Shown piece after piece: positions 15,541-20,000 of a stretch of DNA of 20,000 bases. The notes beneath the pieces were generated by a model. That model saw only the letters and a program-made list of their open reading frames with translations, had not been told where the DNA came from and did no database searches. The position numbers were made by a program, and so were the translations under genes. The number at the start of each line of letters is the position of its first letter. Position 1 is the stretch's first letter. Source of the DNA: Nitrospirae bacterium MYbin3 (GTDB taxonomy: Bacteria > Nitrospirota > Thermodesulfovibrionia > Thermodesulfovibrionales > Dissulfurispiraceae); NCBI GenBank assembly GCA_002753335.1, contig PEAD01000001.1, positions 119,245 through 139,244 of the forward strand, read 5' to 3'.

Positions 15541-17550
15541 CTATATTTTCACACCGATTTTTAGAATTGCATCTTTTAGCTTTTTAATCCTATCTCTTAT
15601 CACCGCCGCCTTCTCGAAATCGAGGACCTTTGCCGCTTCTTTCATTTCTGCTTCAAGCTTTTTTATCGTTGCTTCATCAGCATTGTATACGTCGGTCTCT
15701 TCGGCTGCGAGCGGTACCGTAAAGTAGTCCGATTCATAGATCGAGCCGAGAATATCTTTAATATGGCTTTTTATGGATTCTGGCGTTATGTTCATTTTTT
15801 TGTTGTATTTTTCCTGTATCTCGCGCCTTCTATTTGTTTCACTAAGGGCTCTTTCCATAGATCCGGTTATTTTGTCGGCATACAGAATCACCTCGCCGTT
15901 CAGATTCCTTGCAGCCCTGCCTGCAGTCTGAATAAGTGAGCGCTCCGAACGCAGAAAGCCTTCTTTATCCGCATCAAAAATTGCTACCAAAGAAACCTCT
16001 GGAAGATCGAGTCCCTCTCTGAGAAGGTTAACTCCTATCAGCACATCAAAAACACCTAGCCTTAAATCTCTCAAAATCTCGATACGTTCAAGGGTGTCTA
16101 TATCCGAATGCAGATATCTCGCCTTTACGCCGAGTTCCGTGTAATAATCGGTGAGGTCTTCGGCCATTTTCTTAGTCAGTGTTGTAACTAGAACCCTCTC
16201 TTTTATTGCTGCTCTATTTCGTATTTCACCCAGCAGATCATCAACCTGACCGCTTACAGGCCTCACAATCATCGGAGGATCCATCAATCCTGTCGGCCTT
16301 ATTACCTGCTCAACCACCTTTCGGTTTGATTTTTCTATTTCGTAAGTTGCCGGAGTTGCCGAAACATAGATCGCCTGATTAACACGCTTCTCGAATTCTT
16401 CAAATCTCAGCGGCCTGTTGTCGAGCGCTGAGGGAAGCCTGAAACCATAGTTCACAAGGTTCTGTTTTCTTGAATAGTCGCCCGCATACATTCCTCCGAT
16501 TTGGGGGACGGTTGCGTGCGATTCATCTATCACAACAAGAAAATCTCCCTGTGAAGGCCCGCTTATCAGGTAGTCCATGAGAGTATAAGGCGGCTCTCCC
16601 GGCAGTCTTCCGCTGAGATGGCGCGAATAGTTTTCTATGCCGTGGCAATATCCGAACTCCTTCAACATTTCGATATCGAAGCGTGTGCGTTGTTCGATGC
16701 GTTTTGCAAATAGGACTTCTCCCTCATTTCGCAGGTCGCGCATTCTTTCCTCAAGTTCTTCGGCTATGGATTTAAAGGCACGGTCTATTTTGTCTTTTGG
16801 GGTTATCCAATGGCTGTTTGGATAAAGAGTAACTTTATCCAGCCTTCTTAGGCGCTCTCCTGTAAGGGGATCAAATTCATGCAAAGCTTCTATGTCGTCT
16901 CCGAAAAATTCGACTCTTATTGCTTTGTCGCTCGAAAAGGCCGGGTAAATCTCGATGCTGTCTCCGCGCACCCTGAAATGTCCGCGTTTAAAATCTTTGT
17001 CGCTGCGCTCGTAAAGAATCTCTACAAGCTTGCGAAGAAAATCGTCCCGCTTGGTTCGCATGCCTTCCTCAATAAAAAGGTGCATTCCTAAATAATCTTC
17101 GGGAGAGCCTATGCCGTATATGCATGAAACCGAGGCAACCACGATGACATCCTTTCTTTCGAGGATTGACATTGTGGCAGAGTGGCGCAGCCTGTCTATG
17201 TCGTCATTGACCATGGCATCTTTTTCGATATAGGTATCGGTGGTTGGGATATAAGCTTCGGGCTGGTAGTAGTCATAATAGCTTACGAAAAACTCTACCG
17301 CGTTGTCAGGAAAAAGCTCTTTGAACTCGCCGTAAAGCTGTGCGGCTAAAGCTTTGTTGTGTGCGATTATCAAGGCCGGTTTGTTTGTATTTTGAATTAC
17401 ATTTGCAATCGTGAAAGTCTTGCCCGAGCCGGTGACTCCGAGCAGCGTTTGATGTTTTAGACCTTTGCGCACGCCTTTGGTCAGGCTTTCTATTGCTTTA
17501 GGCTGATCCCCCTTAGGGAGAAATGGTGATTTGAGAGAGAAACCTGTCAT
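15541..17550 (-). CDS. uvrB: Excinuclease ABC subunit B
   Basis: [32 protein letters not shown] (beta-hairpin), [47 protein letters not shown], and a C-terminal UVR domain ([13 protein letters not shown]). Confidence 0.99.
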   Translation of the reverse strand: MTGFSLKSPFLPKGDQPKAIESLTKGVRKGLKHQTLLGVTGSGKTFTIANVIQNTNKPALIIAHNKALAAQLYGEFKELFPDNAVEFFVSYYDYYQPEAYIPTTDTYIEKDAMVNDDIDRLRHSATMSILERKDVIVVASVSCIYGIGSPEDYLGMHLFIEEGMRTKRDDFLRKLVEILYERSDKDFKRGHFRVRGDSIEIYPAFSSDKAIRVEFFGDDIEALHEFDPLTGERLRRLDKVTLYPNSHWITPKDKIDRAFKSIAEELEERMRDLRNEGEVLFAKRIEQRTRFDIEMLKEFGYCHGIENYSRHLSGRLPGEPPYTLMDYLISGPSQGDFLVVIDESHATVPQIGGMYAGDYSRKQNLVNYGFRLPSALDNRPLRFEEFEKRVNQAIYVSATPATYEIEKSNRKVVEQVIRPTGLMDPPMIVRPVSGQVDDLLGEIRNRAAIKERVLVTTLTKKMAEDLTDYYTELGVKARYLHSDIDTLERIEILRDLRLGVFDVLIGVNLLREGLDLPEVSLVAIFDADKEGFLRSERSLIQTAGRAARNLNGEVILYADKITGSMERALSETNRRREIQEKYNKKMNITPESIKSHIKDILGSIYESDYFTVPLAAEETDVYNADEATIKKLEAEMKEAAKVLDFEKAAVIRDRIKKLKDAILKIGVKI

Positions 17551-17559
17551 AGAGTCTTT

Positions 17560-18408
17560 CTATTCAAAAATAAGATAGTCCGCAATTTCTGGCGATATGG
17601 TTTTCCTGTGAATGCCTCTAGATAGTTCCGGCAGGATTACCCTGTACACAAAATCGGAGTTCTTTCGCAGTTGAAGAGGGATGCCTCTTTTCCAGGCATG
17701 CCCAACCCCCGCAAAAACAACCATCTGTTTCCCTGGGTTTTGTTTCAGTGCATCCATTGTGTGCCATGCCATCGCTTTATCCCACAAAACCATCGCTTCA
17801 CAGAAATAAATAAAGCTTCTTTCTTCCTGACCGTGAGACATCAACGATGTCCTCAAAAAATCCATATATCCAGAGCCGTCAACTTCACAGAAAATATCGG
17901 GGGGAACCGTTGCCGTCTCTTCCGGCGTAAGCGCAGCAACTCCTTGGTATCCGACTTTGCGAGATACTGACTTCGAAACATTAAGTCCTATTACAGGCAA
18001 TTTTGCGCTTTTTGCAAAGAAGAAAATATCTTTGTACAAGGACCATTCATGCTTCCAGTAGTCTTCAAATATTTTCTGAAAGACGTCCGGCTTCATTGCG
18101 CCTGAGAGGAAAGCATCAATTTGGGTCTGTGCTGAGGCAGGCAGCATTTCGATCCCGATCGCAAAGTTAATCCCGGCTTTGTTCAGCGCCTTGATTATCG
18201 CAAGCTGAGCAGCGTGGTGTTTTTTGTTGTCATGGAGTTCTCCAACCAATATTGCATCAACGCCTTTCAATTCCGGAACCAATTGTTCTAATGATGTGAC
18301 AGTATTGTCGCCGACACGAAAAACTTTCTCGGCCGCCTCGGTCTGTGCCGCAAAAATGAGAGGAAAAAATAGCGTGGTTTGTAGAAAAGCTTTTATTGAG
18401 ATGGACAT
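17560..18408 (-). CDS. ChaN-family (Tiki superfamily, heme/iron-regulated) secreted protein
   Basis: ILVGELHDNKKHHAAQL, AIGIEML, WKHEWSLYKDIF, VIGLN, AMVLWDKAMA, VVFAGVGH. N-terminal Sec-type signal (..FAAQTEA|AE) with no lipobox Cys. Confidence 0.85.
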   Translation of the reverse strand: MSISIKAFLQTTLFFPLIFAAQTEAAEKVFRVGDNTVTSLEQLVPELKGVDAILVGELHDNKKHHAAQLAIIKALNKAGINFAIGIEMLPASAQTQIDAFLSGAMKPDVFQKIFEDYWKHEWSLYKDIFFFAKSAKLPVIGLNVSKSVSRKVGYQGVAALTPEETATVPPDIFCEVDGSGYMDFLRTSLMSHGQEERSFIYFCEAMVLWDKAMAWHTMDALKQNPGKQMVVFAGVGHAWKRGIPLQLRKNSDFVYRVILPELSRGIHRKTISPEIADYLIFE

Positions 18409-18419
18409 AAAATATTTTA

Positions 18420-18498
<79 letters not shown>

Positions 18499-18506
18499 GT
18501 GTTTAT

Positions 18507-18538
18507 ATATTAACACATTACAACAACAGGATTTGCAA
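18507..18538 (-). promoter_or_regulatory. Candidate promoter for tRNA-Pro and the downstream operon
   Basis: Minus strand TTGCAA (18538-18533) followed by an AT-rich TGTGTTAATAT -10 region about 10 nt upstream of the tRNA 5' end. Spacing is non-optimal (18-20 nt depending on which hexamer is chosen). Confidence 0.35.
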
Positions 18539-18621
18539 AAATAAAATTGGCATAAAAAAACTGGAAAAAAATATCTAATATTTGTAATATATCAAACTTA
18601 ACAAAAAATATAGGGGGAAAT

Positions 18622-20000
18622 ATGGGCAAAAAGTTTGTAGTAGCAACATTATTTATTATTTCCTGCGTAATCTTCGCCTCTGAAGTATTGGCAGAAGTAA
18701 AGACCGATGCAGGGGCTTCATTCAGGCTCAGGCAGGAGATCTGGGACAATGTCGTGGATCTTGGGACTATCGGCAATGCAGCTCCTCCAGGGAATATGGA
18801 CAGGAACTATTTTCGTTTCAGGTCTTCGGTGTGGGGGAAAGTGGATTTCAACAAAGATTTCGGTGTGTACATGAGGCTGACCAACGAGCCTAGATACCAT
18901 CTTGGCCCTAACAGGTTCTTGAATTATGGTCGTGAGAATGTGGCTCCACTTGCAAATAGATATGGTGACAACGATAAATTTGAGATAGATGAGCTCTTTA
19001 TCGACAACCTTTATCTTGATGCTAAAGATATATTCGGACTGCCTGTTGACCTCAGGATAGGCAGACAGGATTTTATCGGACCAACAGGCTATGGTGAAGG
19101 TTTTCTGATTCTCGACGGCAACCCCGGTGATGGCTCAAGATCGTTTTATTTCAATGCTGTCAAGACGTCAATCAAGTTTGCGAAGACCAACACTCTTGAT
19201 TTTATTTATATCAGCGATAGGGAAACTGATAACTGGCCTACGGCGCACGAAGCTATTCACAATATCCAGACCGCTAACTATCGTTATGGAAAGCGCATAC
19301 TGAACAATACGGCTGAAAAAGCGTATGTTGTTTACAGTAAGAATAAGTTTTTCGAAAAGTTGGATGTTGAACCGTACTATATTTACAAAACCGAAGCACC
19401 AACTCCCGGCACCGGCACTGCGGGTACTACTTATGCCAGCAAGCTTCGTTTAAACACTGTCGGCGCAAGGGTGGCGTATAAGGATGGTGGGCTTAAAACT
19501 GGCGTTGAGTATGCTCACCAGTACGGCAGCTATACTCAGGCAAGGACAACAACTACTGATGACGGAAGGAAAAGGCGTGGCAATGGCGGTTATGCTTATG
19601 CCGGCTACCAGTATGCAAATATGACTTTTAAACCCGAAGTTGAGCTGCGGTATGTTTATCTTTCGGGCGAGGATAACACAAGTAATACAAATGAAGGCAA
19701 TACCCACACCGGATGGAACCCACTTTTTTCGAGGGCTCCTATGTGGAATGAACTGATTATTTATACTCTTCTCCCTGAAACTGCTAAGGACCACAGTCCT
19801 GTTCCGGGCTACTGGTCAAACATGCAGATATACAAAGGCTCGGTAAAGCTTAATGTCAGCGCCGATACCAACTTGAATGTCGGGTACAGCTATCTCAGGG
19901 CAAACAAGACGGATGTTGGACTCTCGACAGCGATGTACTCTATGAGAGGAAAAGACAGGGGCAATCTCTATCAGGGCGTGTTAAGCCACAAGTTCAACAA
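18622..20000 (+). CDS. Alginate export family (AlgE-like) outer-membrane beta-barrel protein, 3'-truncated by the window
   Basis: Not in the ORF track. Hand translation from ATG 18622 (RBS AGGGGG) is open to the window end: signal peptide MGKKFVVATLFIISCVIFASEVLA|E, then GASFRLRQEIWDN, YFRFRSSVW, ELFIDNLYL, DLRIGRQD, YGEGFLILDG..GDGSRSFYFNA, YLSGED, GWNPLF, YWSNMQ. Aromatic-rich alternating beta-strands. Confidence 0.85.
   Translation, partial: MGKKFVVATLFIISCVIFASEVLAEVKTDAGASFRLRQEIWDNVVDLGTIGNAAPPGNMDRNYFRFRSSVWGKVDFNKDFGVYMRLTNEPRYHLGPNRFLNYGRENVAPLANRYGDNDKFEIDELFIDNLYLDAKDIFGLPVDLRIGRQDFIGPTGYGEGFLILDGNPGDGSRSFYFNAVKTSIKFAKTNTLDFIYISDRETDNWPTAHEAIHNIQTANYRYGKRILNNTAEKAYVVYSKNKFFEKLDVEPYYIYKTEAPTPGTGTAGTTYASKLRLNTVGARVAYKDGGLKTGVEYAHQYGSYTQARTTTTDDGRKRRGNGGYAYAGYQYANMTFKPEVELRYVYLSGEDNTSNTNEGNTHTGWNPLFSRAPMWNELIIYTLLPETAKDHSPVPGYWSNMQIYKGSVKLNVSADTNLNVGYSYLRANKTDVGLSTAMYSMRGKDRGNLYQGVLSHKFN

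Noticed and set aside
16540..16580. Short apparent insertion in UvrB before Walker B ([22 protein letters not shown])
   Set aside because: A few extra residues in a loop. All helicase motifs are intact and there are no intein signatures.
18547..18565. Possible sigma-54 promoter TTGGCAT... upstream of the porin gene
   Set aside because: The -24 element TGGCA is present, but there is no GC at the required -12 position (the sequence reads AACT instead of TTGC).

Overview
Bacterial chromosomal window of mostly housekeeping and cell-envelope genes from a Gram-negative organism. Protein style suggests Nitrospirota (Thermodesulfovibrionia-like) or a deltaproteobacterial relative, but this is inference only. 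On the + strand: the 3' part of an NtrX-like sigma-54 activator, a 148-bp non-coding element with 20-bp terminal inverted repeats, der (EngA) and a universal stress protein, followed by an intrinsic terminator. Then a long minus-strand block, read from right to left: tRNA-Pro(CGG), ChaN-family protein, uvrB, rfaQ/waaQ-like heptosyltransferase, WabB-like GT4, Shf-like deacetylase, GT9, and then pal, ybgF/cpoB, moaA, WaaE-like GT2 and WabG-like GT4. This block is interrupted by one + strand gene of about 1300 aa that combines tandem class III nucleotidyl-cyclase domains, a STAND ATPase and a TPR array (soluble adenylyl cyclase-like), with atypical specificity residues. The window ends inside an alginate-export (AlgE-like) outer-membrane beta-barrel gene that the ORF track missed. 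The best leads are the orphan STAND cyclase, the CACAGAG inverted-repeat element and the waaQ-wabB-shf-like LPS core module. No CRISPR array, integrase or transposase was seen. All family assignments come from motif recognition and recall, not database searches.
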